57,473 bases of DNA from Octopus sinensis (lineage: Eukaryota): NCBI RefSeq assembly GCF_006345805.1, contig NW_021835249.1, forward strand, positions 1 through 57,473. The letters are read 5' to 3'. This document shows positions 38,084 through 49,575 of this stretch, one piece after another. The translations under genes were made by a program, and so were the position numbers. How positions within the stretch are numbered: the stretch's first letter is position 1; each line of letters opens with the position of its first letter. The notes below the pieces were generated by a model, which worked only from the letters and a program-made list of their open reading frames with translations, did no database searches and was not told where the DNA came from.

Positions 38084-38197
38084 GAAGCTATGTGTGTGTA
38101 TACGTGATAGAAAGTAGGTGAAATCGAATGCTGAAAGTAGTAGCGAAAGGCGCATGTTCTGATTTGCTGACAGAATGCCTGGGTGGGGTTATTGTCA

Positions 38198-38233
38198 GGG
38201 GCGGAGCGATGACGTTGAGCTTGGGGGTGGGGC
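38198..38233 (+). promoter_or_regulatory. GC box (GGGGCGGAGC), CRE half-site (TGACGT) and KLF/CACCC box cluster
   Basis: Exact motifs at 38198-207, 38210-15 and 38223-33 in a CpG-rich unique island; function not shown. Confidence 0.3.
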
Positions 38234-38368
38234 TTAGCGGCCATTTATATATTACGGTGAGAAGCGCGACTCGCAGATATTATTGCGAAGCGGAATCGTC
38301 GATCACGTTTCGATTCCAGGCTGAAACTCTGAACTTTACTTAAATACATACATGCATACATACATACA

Positions 38369-38399
<31 letters not shown>

Positions 38400-38467
38400 G
38401 TTTATATTTGTGTGTGTATGTATATGGATATATATATGTGTGTGTGTGAGTGTATGTATATATATTT

Positions 38468-38786
38468 GTTTAAATCATTTGATTGTGACCATGCTGGAGC
38501 ATCGCCTTTAGTCGACCAATTCGATCGCAGGACTTAGTCTTTGTAAGCCTAGGAATTATTCCATCGGTTTCTAGGGACATAAACACACCAATATCGGTTG
38601 TCAAGCGATGGCTGTGGGACAAACATAGATACACATACACACACACACGCGCAATCACACACAACACATATATACATACATACATACACGCACATAGATA
38701 TATGTAAATACGACAGGCTTCTTTCAGTTTCCGTCTACTCACAAGGTTTTGGTGAGCCCGAGGTTATAGTAGAAAACACTTGCCCA
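38468..38786 (-). mobile_element. SINE family A, diverged, head missing
   Basis: Reverse-complement match with deletions. Confidence 0.85.
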
Positions 38787-38794
38787 AGAAAATA

Positions 38795-38970
38795 CATCGC
38801 TGGTCACAATGCGCTTTGCGTTGTTTTAGCCTTCATATGACGCTACCCTGATGGGTAGAAAGAGCCACTGCCGGAGCATTAAACACTCACAACGCCCGGT
38901 CTGGGAATCGAAACCGCGTTCCTACAACCGCGAGTCCGCTGCCCTAACCACTGGGCCATTGCGCCTCCAC
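38795..38970 (-). mobile_element. SINE family D, internally deleted
   Basis: Reverse complement of the 22516-22797 head and tail. Confidence 0.85.
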
Positions 38971-39094
38971 GTATGTATGTATGTATGTACGTATATATAT
39001 ATATATAGAGAGAGAGACATTTATACATTTGTTGTTTCAATACTTTGCTAGTACTACGTCATCGCGTTGCTTTTTTCTCGTTTTTTTTCCTTGT

Positions 39095-39480
39095 CTTTTT
39101 TCTCCTTTTTTGAACTCCTTCTCCCTCAGGAAACCATCAAGGTGCTTGAAAAAGTGGTAGTCGATAGGAGAAAGGTCTGGGGAATAAGCTGGCTGGGGAA
39201 GTTCCCTCAACTTCTGGAGTGCCATTAGTGAAACGTGTGGTCGAGCCATGAAGAACGATTGGTCCTCTTCTGACGACCAGTCTGAGACGGAGAAACAACA
39301 GTTTTTCGTTCATTTTGGCAATTTCATGGCAATATGTTGCTGCAGTAATGGTTTTTCTGGATTTTAAGAAGTTATAGTGGATGATGTGTCCAGCAGTACA
39401 CCACCAAACAGTCACCAAAATCTTCTTTTTGAAGAGCTCGATTTTAGGGAAGGTTTTTGGTGCTTCATTTTGGTCCAATC
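39095..39480 (-). mobile_element. Mariner transposase fragment
   Basis: KKILVTVWWCTAG-IIHYNFLK..TITAATYC..IVLHG..ARPHVS..QPAYSPDLSPIDYHFFKHLDGFL. Confidence 0.9.
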
Positions 39481-39879
39481 ACTGCGAAGAACATTTTTTT
39501 TCTTATTCCTTACAATATTAGCAATAAAAAAAAAAGAAAGAAAAAGACTTTCTGCAGAGAAGTTTGAGAAACTGACTCAATGATAGAATGACTCCCCAGA
39601 GATAAGTCGTAGAATAGGAACACAATCCTTTATCCGGAAATCTAAAATCCGAAAAGCACCCCATCCAAACTGAACTTTTTTCGTGGAGGGTGGAGCGCGT
39701 ATAAGTGTTGTTTGTGACATTGGCACAAGTCAAGTAATTTCGAAGGAAGGGGTTGTTCGATGCCTTCGACTCCAGCACTTTCCTTGTTCTCGATCAGCAG
39801 GACTCATGAGGCGTATAAGTGACCGAGATCGCAAGAAACTCCCAAACGGAACTCCGGTTCATTGCTGAGTTCAAGGAGA

Positions 39880-40075
39880 GCAATTTTTGAGGTGAGGGGA
39901 CAAGTTGATTACATCGACGACTGGTACCTTACTTAATCGATCCCGAAGGGATAAAAATACAGAGCCGACCCAGGTAGGATTTGAACTCAGAACATAGGGA
40001 GCCTGAAAAAGCACATGGAGTATTTTGTCCGACGAGATGGAGATCGCAACAACCCCAACAATTGGGACGCCGGTT
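39880..40075 (-). mobile_element. Degenerate SINE family B2
   Basis: gttgattacatcgac..ggtacc..ggatttgaactcagaac; shares diagnostic changes with 40755-40965. Confidence 0.75.
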
Positions 40076-40125
40076 CATTGCAGGGCTCAAGGTGAGCAAT
40101 ATAACAAAAATACATAACAACGAAA

Positions 40126-40632
40126 TCTATATCTATAAACGGCAAAATGTCTGTGTATCTATGTGTTTGTGTGTCCTTCATACAAATCCACAGTTTTTCA
40201 CGTAAAGGGCTCGTATTTTCTATGGGCTATTTTAAAACTGTCTGAGGGTGGTCGTGAAGATCTTTTCATTTCCCAAGTCACCCCAGAAAGCCATTAAAAA
40301 AATTGATAAACCGACCCCTTATGCCCATAAGTTATTTTGCGGACAAATTCGAGTTTTTCGCTTTGTTCTGCCACCTTTTTGTCCGACCAATGGCATGTGA
40401 ACAGTCCAGTTAATTTTCCATGATTATGCCGTTCCAGGTGTTAAAACCAAAGTCCAATGAATATTAATTACTCTCATAAAAAGCTCCAATTAGCTCATAA
40501 ACAACAAAACTGGCCCGGGCTGAAATGTGATAAGAAACTTAGCTCTTGATTTAGTGAGAAATTTTTACTGCGACCTGGCAATGAACAACAAGCACAGGCA
40601 CTAGATCCAGCAACGCCGGGTCATAGTGCTTG
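40126..40632 (+). mobile_element. Non-autonomous Helitron, apparently complete (~0.5 kb)
   Basis: 5' A|TCtatatctataaacggcaaaatgtctgtg; 3' imperfect hairpin tccagcaacgccggg(t) followed by catagtg-CTTG|T, a degenerate CTAG; inserted between A and T. Confidence 0.65.
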
Positions 40633-40644
40633 TGTATATATATA

Positions 40645-40681
<37 letters not shown>

Positions 40682-40699
40682 TATATATATAATATATAT

Positions 40700-40737
<38 letters not shown>

Positions 40738-40754
40738 AATAAATAATATTAATT

Positions 40755-40965
40755 ATAATGATTTCAAATTTTGGCACAAGACCCGTAAGTTCGAGAAAGG
40801 GGGCAAGTTGATTACATTGACTCGTACCTTACTTAATCGATCCGAAAGAGATAAAAAGACAGAGCCAACACGGGAAGGATTTGAACTCAGATCACGTGGA
40901 GCTTGAAAATCTGAATAATGTATTTTGCCCGACCTGCTAATGATTCAGCTTACTCATCACCTTGC
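40755..40965 (-). mobile_element. Degenerate SINE family B2
   Basis: tttcaaattttggcacaag tail..ggatttgaactcag..ccttg head. Confidence 0.75.
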
Positions 40966-41088
40966 CTCAATACTTTCACTTGTACTTACTTTATGCGTTT
41001 TGGAGGGATGAAATGCAAAGTCGATTTCAGCAGGGTTCGAACTCAAACGACAAAGAACCTAGAATGAATGCCACAAAACGATTTTTCT

Positions 41089-41271
41089 TATTTCTTTATT
41101 GTCCACAATGGGCTAAACATAGAGGGGACAAACAAGGACAGACAAACGGATTAAGTCGATTCTTTCGACCCCAGTGCGTAACTGGTACTTATTTAATCGA
41201 CCTCGAAAGGATGAAAGGCAAAGTCGACCTCGGCGGAATTTGAACTCAGAACGTAACGGCAGACGGAATAG
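41089..41271 (-). mobile_element. 5'-truncated SINE-B1 inserted into an old SINE-B (40975-41315) with an exact 17-bp TSD
   Basis: TSD cacaaaacgatttttct at 41072-41088 and 41272-41288. Confidence 0.95.
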
Positions 41272-41537
41272 CACAAAACGATTTTTCTGACGAGCGATAT
41301 AGATTCTGCAGCCGAAATACAGAAGGAAATTTTTCTCTTGAAAAGATTTTCAGTGGAGATCACAATACAAGAAGATAAAAAAAAAAGAAATTAAAATTAG
41401 GAATAATTTATAATGATGTATAATTATCTAAAATTTATAATGAAATAGAATCTGAAAGTAATTAATCGCAGATGTGGCTTCCTCGTTAAGAAGTTTGCTT
41501 CGCATATAATTTCGGTTTCAGTATCACTGCCCGCAAT

Positions 41538-41830
41538 GGCGCAATGGCCTAGTGGTTAGGGCAACGGACTCGCGGTTGGAGGAACGCGGTTTCGATTCTC
41601 AGACCGGGCGCTGTGTGTGTTTATTGAGCGAAAATACCTAAAAGCCCCCGAGGCTCCGGCAGGGGGTGGTGGCGGCCCCTGTTGTACTCTTTCGCCCCAA
41701 CTTTCTCTCACTCTCTCTTCCTGTTTCTTGAGTAACGTTGCGACGGACGGGCGTCCTGTCCACCTGGGGGAACACATACGCCACAGAAACCGGGAAACCG
41801 GGCCCATGAGCCTGGCTAGGCTTGAAAAGG
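41538..41830 (+). mobile_element. SINE family D variant (D' tail)
   Basis: tggcctagtggttagggc A box, ggtttcgattc B box, D core, aaaccgggaaaccgggcccatgagcc tail. Confidence 0.85.
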
Positions 41831-41927
41831 GCGACGTTTATCGTTTTTTATATCACTGCCTGTCACCTTGGTCAAGGGACTTCTACGAGCGATGTATCGT
41901 AAGTCAACATCAGAGACGTATATATCG

Positions 41928-41990
41928 CCGTATCACACTGTCAACCAGACCATCAGATGTTGTTATACACCACTAGTCACAATGCGTTTC
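41928..41990 (-). mobile_element. SINE family D 3' tip
   Basis: accagaccatcagatgttgttatacaccactagtcacaatgcg is the reverse complement of the 22740-22797 tail. Confidence 0.75.
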
Positions 41991-42277
41991 CGATTCTATC
42001 TTTTCTGCGCCATTATTTTCTATCTTGACCCAAATTACTTAACTAAATCGTCTTCTCATTATCGCCGAGGACTTTCGTGTGGCCTTATCCGATCTCTTAG
42101 ATAGTATTCGGTAACTGCACGGGTCTATTTGTTGTCTGTGAACCTTTGGACATATCCGGCTTAGCGGAACTTGTGATTTCAATATTCTGCGATCGCATCG
42201 TTCATTCCGCTCCGTTTTTGAATTATCTAATTGCTCTATAAATTTTGTTTTTACCATGGATCTTCCCAGGAAAGGTG

Positions 42278-42380
<103 letters not shown>

Positions 42381-42383
42381 ATA

Positions 42384-42744
42384 CAGTGTACATTTAAACA
42401 TCTTAAGAAGTTTCCAACATAGGAATCCTTTACGCTAGAAAGAACAGCTTGCGCGGTGGATTTGAAAAAAATTAAAATATATAAGCAAGAGGCACTTGTT
42501 GGATTGGCCTCGTGTTTATGTATTTAATCTTGGCGTCCCTGTTGATGAAGACTTCGCCACATTAATCTATTTTATTTACTAGAATAAGTCAGAAACCATG
42601 GTCCAGGAAAGAGATGGTAAATGTTTTTATTTTTCATTCCCTTCGAGAATTTTATCCCTAATTAGTGATTTGGACTTTAGCTGTTATTTCTAGCGTAAAG
42701 GATTCCTATCATGGAAACCTCTTAATGTGTTTAAATGTAGATTG
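42384..42744. mobile_element. Tc1/pogo-like MITE (long form) with ~55-bp imperfect TIRs and TA flanks
   Basis: ta|cagtgtacatttaaac..ggaatcctttacgctagaaa and tttctagcgtaaaggattcc..gtttaaatgtagattg|ta. Confidence 0.8.
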
Positions 42745-43002
42745 TATTTTATATGAATAATATATAGTCTATTGACTAATCTTTCTATACGCTAGGCCAC
42801 TGGTAGTGAACATTTCTAAAATCTTTATTACCCTGATATTATTAACTACATATATACGTTTATGAACTTGTTTGCAAGATGCTTGATGTGAACTCTGTAT
42901 TCTTGTGAGCCTGTCTTTGTGTTCGTCTTATCGTTTCACAACCGATGTTGCTTTTGTTTCTGTCCTTGTAACTGGGCAGTTCGACAAAAGCAACCGATCT
43001 TT

Positions 43003-43428
43003 TATTCTTTTATTCTTTTATTTGTTTCAGCCATGTGACTGCGGCCATGCTGGAGCATCGCTTTAAAAAGACTTTTAGTCTAACAAATCGACCCCAGAGC
43101 TTACTCTTTGTAAGCTTAGCACTTATTCAATCGCTCTTTGGTCGAAACGCTAAGTTACGGGGATATAAACACACCACCATGGGATGTGGTGATGGCGGGA
43201 CAAACACAGACACAAAGACACACACACATACACACACACAGGTACATACATATACATATATATACAGGTACGACGGGCTTCTTTCAGTTTCCCTTTAACA
43301 AATCCACTCACAAAGCTTTGGTCGGCCCGAGGCTAAAGAAGAAGACATTTACCCAAGTTGCCACGCAGTGGGCCTGAACCCGAAACCGTGTGGTTGGGAG
43401 GAAAACTTTTTGTCACACAGCCGCGCCT
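43003..43428 (-). mobile_element. SINE family A, full length
   Basis: Reverse-complement match. Confidence 0.92.
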
Positions 43429-43433
43429 TTGTC

Positions 43434-43583
43434 TGTGCGTCGCTGTGTAGTAAGGAGCTTGTATCCCAACCACATACTTCTGGGCTTAGTCCTACTACAA
43501 GGCACCTTGGGCAAATGTCTTCTACTATAGCCTCAGGCAGACAGGGAGCGGATTGGTAGATGGAAACTGAAAGAAGCCCATCG

Positions 43584-43615
<32 letters not shown>

Positions 43616-43850
43616 TTGCATGTGTGTATGTCTGTATGCGTGTCTGCATATTTCCCCCACCATCGCTTGATAACCGATGTTGGTGTGTTTACGTCCCCGT
43701 AACTTAGCGGTGCGGCAAAAGAGACCGATAAAATAAGTACTAGGCTTACAAAGAATAAGTCCTGGGGTCGATTTGTTGGACTAGAGGCGGTGCTCCAGCA
43801 TGGCCGCAGTCAAATGACAGAAACAAGTAAAAGAATACACGAATAAAAGA
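43434..43850 (+). mobile_element. SINE family A, full length, head-to-head with the previous copy
   Basis: Forward match; only a few bp separate the two heads. Confidence 0.92.
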
Positions 43851-44919
43851 CTATGTGTACTTATATTTGTATGTCTGTGTGTATGTATATGTCTGCATAT
43901 GTTTGTGTGCATATATGTGTGTATGTGTAAATGAGAGTATGTATACTTACGTATGTGTGTGCATACTAGCGTGTCCCTTTGTGTGCGTGTGTGTGTGTGT
44001 GTGTAGTAGTAGTAGTAGTAGTAGTAGTAGTAATAGTAGTAGTAGTAGTAGTGGTAGTAGTGATAGTAGTAGATGTATGGGACCACACTAGACGGTGAGT
44101 TATTCAGGTCCACCGTAACACATCATCGTCGGAAATGTGTTGATAAGAAAGGAGGGAAAAAATGGAGAAGGGGGTGAGAGAAAAGGAGTGGAGGAGGCGG
44201 AAGAGAAGGAGGAGGAGGGGCAGGAGTGAAGGAGGAGTAGGAGAAAGTATTACATGAGAGGAGTTCTGGATAAAGATAAAGACATGTTGGTGGGTGGGTG
44301 GGTAGATGGTTGGTCAAGTCGGTGGATCACTACCACCAACACTCACACCACCATCACGACGACGACTACCACCACCACCACCTTCACCAACACCGATATA
44401 ACCAGAAGTTCTGGAGGGAACCTCTATGTGGTCACTGATATGGTCAGAAATAACAGTCAGAATCATCGCCATCGTTCTTAACTTTAACACTTCAAATAAC
44501 TTCATAAGAGCTCCTACCATACCTTCCCCCGTCCCTAACGCTACCATAATCAGGGACACCGTTACCACCTCCACAATCCACCACCACCACCACTACCACC
44601 ACCACTATCACCACCATTATAGCCATCAACAATACGGCAACCACCAACACTATCATCGTTGACATCACTACTACCACCACCACCACCACCACTACCACAT
44701 TTCTTGTTAATTATTAATTATGATATGTATATCTATTTATTTATTATGTTTTATTATTATTATTTTTATAATGTGATTTAACTTATTACATATATTTTAT
44801 TTTGAGAATTAGTTTTGTAAGACAATACATTATTTAAAAGTTAGGTAGTATATTTATTACGTAGTATTACATTTAAGTAAATTAGTTTTATATGAATTGA
44901 TATTTTGATCAACTATATA

Positions 44920-45153
44920 TATTTCTTTACTACCCACAAGGGGCTAAACACAGAGGGGACAAACAAGGACAGACAAAGGGATTAAATCGATTCCATCGAC
45001 CCCAGTGCGTAACTGGTGCTTAATTTATCGACCCCGAAAGGATGAAAGGCAAAGTCAACCTCGGCGAAATTTGAACTCAGAACGTAACGACAGACGAAAT
45101 ACGGCTACGCATTTCGCCCGGCGTGCTACCGTTTCTGCCAGCTCGCCGCCTTC
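44920..45153 (-). mobile_element. SINE family B1, full length with 18-bp TSD
   Basis: TSD attttgatcaactatata (44902-19) / attttggtcaactatata (45154-71). Confidence 0.95.
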
Positions 45154-45478
45154 ATTTTGGTCAACTATATAATTGAGTAAAATATTAAATGTATAGATAC
45201 TACATATATATTAATAATATAGGTAGTTTATCTAATAGGTGTGTATATATTTAAACCATTTCCTATTATTAATTCTAATATTTATAGCTTGTACTAACGT
45301 TATGTAGATTAATTAACATTAAGGTTTTTAATATAAATTACTTAATGAGTATAAGATTTTATTTAGATGTTAAATAAATAAATAATAAATAAATAAATAA
45401 ATAAAGTAATAATTTAATTTAATGTATATAGATTAAATTATAGTATTTAGTTTTCACTTAATGTATATTTTGTATTTG

Positions 45479-45511
<33 letters not shown>

Positions 45512-45699
45512 TTAAATATTTTAAGTAATTGTATCTTAATTTTATTCTATTTCTTTATTTAAACAAGAATATATTTGTTAAGCTATTTCGTGCTTTACAA
45601 GATTATTTACATATATTTATTAATTTATCTAATTAATTATTTTATTGTTTTTATCTTTAACCTGAAGAGTGGCTATATTTATTTTATCTTATATTTCTG

Positions 45700-46262
45700 T
45701 GGAAGATATCGCACGTGATTAGCAGCTGCCCAAAAATTTTACCACGGTACTACCTCGCTATGCGACATGACGTTGTCGCTAAAACAATTTACAATGCTAT
45801 TCGAAAAAAAAAAGGCTATCCTGCAATGAAGATGGATAATCTCCCTGTTATACATACACAAATGCCAGCATGAGGAATACTGGTGGAACATTCCCATCAA
45901 AATATCTGTCCAAGTGTATGCATAACAGGCTGAATAACCTTGTTTAGGATCGACAAGAAAAAGTATGTGCGGTCATAGAAGGAAGCTGTCCTGCTGATGT
46001 GAATATCTCTTTGAAAATCAAAGAGTAAAAGGATAACGATGGACAACTGCTCCGAGACCTTCAGCTTCAATATCCAAATTACAAATTTACATTCATACGA
46101 TAATAATTGGAGCACTTGGTTTTGTAAGCAAATGTCTAACTGTCAGTCTAGATAAGGTTGGATTTTCAGTAAAATAAATCAACCAGATGATTCGCACATT
46201 AGAAATACAAATTGTAAGTGGAACAGTAAAAAATATTCAAGACTTTTCTCAGTTCTAGAATG
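45700..46262 (+). mobile_element. Decayed 3' end of a REL-endonuclease non-LTR retrotransposon (R4/Dong-like)
   Basis: HVISSCPK..MRHDVVAKTIYNAI..EYWWNIPIK..PADVNISLKIKE..YKFTFI.IIIGALGFV..VKIFKTFL, with frameshifts. Confidence 0.82.
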
Positions 46263-46267
46263 TAATG

Positions 46268-46396
46268 AGCTTTCAGTTTCCATCTACCACATCCACTCAG
46301 AAGGTTTTGGTCGGCCCGAGGTTATAGGAGAAGGCTTTTGCCTAAGGTGTCACGCAGTGGGACTGAACTCGGAACCATATGGTTGGGAACCAACTT
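46268..46396 (-). mobile_element. SINE family A, 5' half
   Basis: Reverse-complement match to head and core. Confidence 0.85.
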
Positions 46397-46409
46397 AAGG
46401 CGGGCGCAA

Positions 46410-48330
46410 GAGCTTGTTAACAAACACTACAGAAAATCTTCAGTGATAGAAACTTCAGACTTCCTGGAAGGGAAAATCCTAGGGTACCGGTGTGTGTGTG
46501 TTTCTGTGTGTCTTGGCTGAGAACCGATGAGCTGAAATTATTATACTTTACCCAAATTAAAAAAAGTGCTCAACAGGAATATAATATGATGATGATTTCG
46601 TCTCTAGGGACAGACAGTGTGGTTGTGTGTATGATAGATTCCTCTCTGAAATACATGCACCGAGGTATTATATTGTCGGGTACGGAAGTGAAGATTTTGG
46701 TTTCCTTTCTGGCGTATTTGAGATGGCGAGAGGTAGAATTAAAGTTTTGAATATAACACCAGAATTAGACATCTGGTTGCATGCGTTGTTCTAAGCTTTA
46801 CTGTTTATAATTGTCGGGTTGGGACCGCCTGGATTTCCTCGATGTTATAGCGTGAATATAGAACAACTATAGTGGATCATGAAGATCGTATCTATATAAC
46901 ATTAGTGGACAGATGTAGTGTAGAATGTCCATAATTCAACCTGTCTGGCTCCACAGATCACAAATATTTGAGCTACACGGTTGATTTAGATGAGACACAT
47001 AGATTGAGTTCCAGTCTCTGGAAGCTGAACCTGTTTTTTCGGGGCCCCAAAACTACAGGGAGCGGATTAGTAAATTAGTTTAACAGCAGATGACAGGGGG
47101 AATCGTCAACGAATGATGGTGGGGCGCCTTGATCAGGAAGATTAGATCAAAGTACTTTTTAGTAAAGAGCTCTTGATTGCGTGAAGTCACGTGGATTGGT
47201 GGTTTGGGTTTTTGGCTCACGATCGCAAGGTCGTGAGTTCGATACCTGGCGGCACGTTATGTCTTTGAGCAAGACTTTTTATTACACGTTGCTCCAGTCC
47301 ACTCGGCTGGCAAAAGTGAGTAATACCTATAATTCAAAGGGCCAGCCTTGTCACACTCTGTGTCACGCTGAATCTCCCTGAGAACTATGTCAAGGGTACG
47401 GGTGTTTGTGGAGTGCTCAGCCACTTCCACGTTTATTTCATGAGCAGGCTGTTCCGTTGATCCGATCAACTGGAACCCTCGTCTTCATCACTGACGGAGT
47501 GTCAGTTATTGATTGAGGGAATCAGCAGAGCTTGTGAACATTAATAAGGGTCTCGCGACCAAACGTAAGCTGCGAGAATGATCCTTGACCTTTTCTTTTA
47601 CACAAAACGCGATAGATGCATTTCTACAGCTTGAGGTCTTGCGTTAAACTCGAAGGAATAAAAGATGCTCAATGAATTTGATTGGCCGAAATGCGGCGTC
47701 TCTTCCGTGACTCTTGAACGAAGTTGCAAGATACCGCGAAAGGCGGAAAACAGCAGCTGAAATATAGGAGGCCGAGAGTGGTTGCTTCAGGAGCAAATCA
47801 CCCACCTTCGATGGTTTGTACCACAAATTTTCAAATACATGCGAGACTTGTTTAGCAACATCTGGCAGGCGTCTACATTAACTGATAGCTAAACGATGGA
47901 ATTCCAAGAGCCGTGAGCCAAAGATTGGTGACGCTATTAATAAAATGAATGCCAAAAAGGAGGTTCTCGTAGATAACTCATCCCATAACACTGCTGCACA
48001 AAGAGCTCAAGATTTTGGCCGAGATGTTAACGAAAGGATCATCACTTGTTGCCGGTAGGCTAACCGAGGAAGCCCAAATGTGCGTTTATTTTAAACAAAT
48101 CGATCCACGGCAGCCTCCACCTAATCCGATATATCACTGAGATTTGAGAATAAAGCTGGAATCGGTGAGGTTCTCTTTAATTGGGATTAAACGTATAACA
48201 TTTCGGGAAATATTCCCCTTTTCAAACAGAATAAAGAAAAAAAATCAAAGAGTTCGGAGATAGGTGTTGTTACCGAGAGGACATTCTAATGTGATGTCTC
48301 GAAAGTCATTGCCTAAGTTAGATTGTACCA
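46410..48330 (+). mobile_element. Decayed Tx1/L1-like LINE (APE endonuclease to RT), interrupted by SINE-C
   Basis: DRIYITLVDRCSVECP..STDHKYLSYTVDLDETHRLSSSLWKLN (APE C-terminal DH..WKLN) and KSPTFDGL..HPITLLHKELKILAEML (RT domains 0-1). Confidence 0.8.
47178..47508 (+). mobile_element. SINE family C
   Basis: Degenerate A box, gagttcgatacc B box, and ctttgagcaagactttt..gttgctccagtccactc core. Confidence 0.85.
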
Positions 48331-48592
48331 GTTGGCCAACAAGCTCAATGGTAATCGACTTACACTTCTCCTATTGCTGGCCTTGACCCCAAAATTTGAA
48401 GCTATTATTATTATTGTAAAGGTGGCGAGCTGGCAAAATCGTTAGCGCACCGGGCAAAATTCCGCCGAAATCGACTTTGCTTTTCATCCTTCTCGGGGTC
48501 GATGAAATAAGTACCAGTTTGGACAGTGGGGTCGATGCAATCGACTGGCTCCGTCACCCAATATTTCAGGCCTTGTGCGCATAGTAGAAAGG

Positions 48593-48634
<42 letters not shown>

Positions 48635-48912
48635 GTCCTCATCATCACCACCACCACCACCACCACCACCACCACCATCATAATCATCATCATCACCACC
48701 ACTAGTGGCGAGCTAGCAGACGCGTTAGCATGCCGGAGAGAAAGCTTAGCGGTATTTTGTCCGCCTTTACGGTCTAAGTTCAAATTCTGCCGGGGTCGAC
48801 TTTACCTTTCATTCTTTAAATAAGTACCAGTTGCGCACTGGGGTCGATGTAACCGACTTAGTCCCTTCCCTGATATTGAAGGCCTTGTGCCAAAACTTGA
48901 AATCATTATTAT
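48330..48912 (+). mobile_element. Three head-to-tail SINE-B2 copies separated by trinucleotide tails
   Basis: 3' part at 48330-48415, copies at 48419-48593 and 48705-48912; tails run into (ATT)n and (CAT)n/(CAC)n. Confidence 0.85.
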
Positions 48913-49004
48913 AATTGTTGTTGTTCTTATTGCCGCTGCTTCTCCCGCTGTTGTGTTTGCGTCATCGCTATCGCTGCAAGCGTTATTGGCTCTTGTTAAT
49001 AATA

Positions 49005-49027
49005 TTGATGACGATGATGACGATGAC

Positions 49028-49062
<35 letters not shown>

Positions 49063-49084
49063 CGATGATGATGATGATGAAGAC

Positions 49085-49117
<33 letters not shown>

Positions 49118-49144
49118 CATGATGATAATGATGATCATGATGAC

Positions 49145-49191
<47 letters not shown>

Positions 49192-49192
49192 C

Positions 49193-49236
<44 letters not shown>

Positions 49237-49237
49237 C

Positions 49238-49278
<41 letters not shown>

Positions 49279-49392
49279 CGATGATGATGATCATGATGAT
49301 GATTGATGTGATGATGATGATGATGATGATGATGATGAGGATCATGATGATGAGATGATGATGATGATGATGACGATGATGATCATTATGAC

Positions 49393-49431
<39 letters not shown>

Positions 49432-49536
49432 CATGATGACGATGATGATGATGACGATGACGATGATGATGACGATGATGATGATGATGATGATGATGAC
49501 GATGATGATGATGATGACGATGATGATGATGATGAC

Positions 49537-49575
<39 letters not shown>

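Noticed and set aside
39620-39660. Pogo/Tigger-like TIR fragment (caatcctttatccggaaatc)
   Set aside because: No partner TIR or TSD found; too short to support.
48887-49306. Signal-peptide-like N-terminus plus ~100 Asp, resembling acidic biomineralisation proteins such as Aspein
   Set aside because: The start is a GTG inside a SINE-B2 tail, the hydrophobic part comes from (ATT)/(GTT) repeats, and the poly-Asp is a (GAT)n microsatellite that is open in several frames.
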